NCBI GenBank assembly: GCA_001192655.1
Contig: BBVC01000142.1
Location: 1 to 6,389, forward strand
DNA: 6,389 nucleotides
Direction of reading: 5' to 3'
Origin: Caedimonas varicaedens
Lineage (GTDB): Bacteria; Pseudomonadota; Alphaproteobacteria; Caedimonadales; Caedimonadaceae
The position numbers and the translations under genes were made by a program. This document shows, in pieces, positions 6,203-6,389 of the stretch (the stretch's first letter is position 1; the number at the start of each line of letters is the position of its first letter). Under the pieces are notes generated by a model. The model ran no database searches and was not told the DNA's origin. It saw only the letters and a list, made by a program, of their open reading frames with translations.

Positions 6203-6389
6203 ATGACCTATTCATTAGATTTTAGACTTCGTGTTTTATCTGTAAAAAAGAAGAAAAATTTGAGTTTTGCTGAAACGGCGGATCTCTTTGGTGTTGGAGT
6301 GACCAGTCTTGTCAGATGGGTCAAGAAGCCTGAGCCTCAGACACATCGTCATAAACCAGCCACTAAGCTTAATATGGATGCCCTTAAAG
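6203..6389 (+). CDS. IS630-family transposase, N-terminal HTH region (partial, continues beyond the window)
   Basis: The ATG at 6203 is preceded by GAGG (6191-6194, 8-nt spacer). The translation MTYSLDFRLRVLSVKKKKNLSFAETADLFGVGVTSLVRWVKKPEPQTHRHKPATKLNMDALK follows the IS630/Tc1-like N-terminal pattern (M..YSLDLR.RV...........A..F.V....V.RW.........P....KL....L). The frame is still open at the window edge. Confidence 0.75.
   Translation, partial: MTYSLDFRLRVLSVKKKKNLSFAETADLFGVGVTSLVRWVKKPEPQTHRHKPATKLNMDALK

Overview
This window is an accessory region full of insertion sequences (IS), about 40% GC by eye, with no intact housekeeping gene. From left to right:

1. **224-592 (+):** a degraded IS1-family transposase remnant.
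2. **706-2724 (-):** an intact gene for a 672-aa protein. It combines a hydrophobic N-terminus, an F-box-like motif, seven in-phase 24-residue GALA/RI-type leucine-rich repeats, and a complete patatin-like phospholipase domain (GGGIRG, GTSTG and DGG all intact).
3. **2846-2886:** a short, diverged solo IS end. It sits back to back with a 709-bp degraded IS5-family element at 2894-3602, which has 20/21-matching terminal inverted repeats. Its transposase is inactivated by an in-frame stop, an internal deletion and an 11-bp tandem duplication.
4. **3603-3855 (+):** the 3' fragment of the nhaA Na+/H+ antiporter gene, cut off exactly at the IS5 end.
5. **4067-6127 (-):** a 686-aa orphan protein with N-terminal 19-aa tandem repeats. 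The repeat register continues upstream of the only available start codon (TTG).
6. **6203-6389 (+):** the 5' end of an IS630-family transposase, running off the window.

The most interesting object is the F-box-like/LRR/patatin fusion, which is most likely a eukaryote-directed effector. A less likely alternative is a sensor-effector lipase. The second is the large orphan repeat protein, which appears to be 5'-truncated.

The combination of IS load, eukaryote-like domains and pseudogenes fits an amoeba-associated intracellular bacterium, such as environmental Chlamydiae, Amoebophilus-like or Legionella-like organisms. That taxonomic guess is inference only. I found no CRISPR array, tRNA or rRNA.
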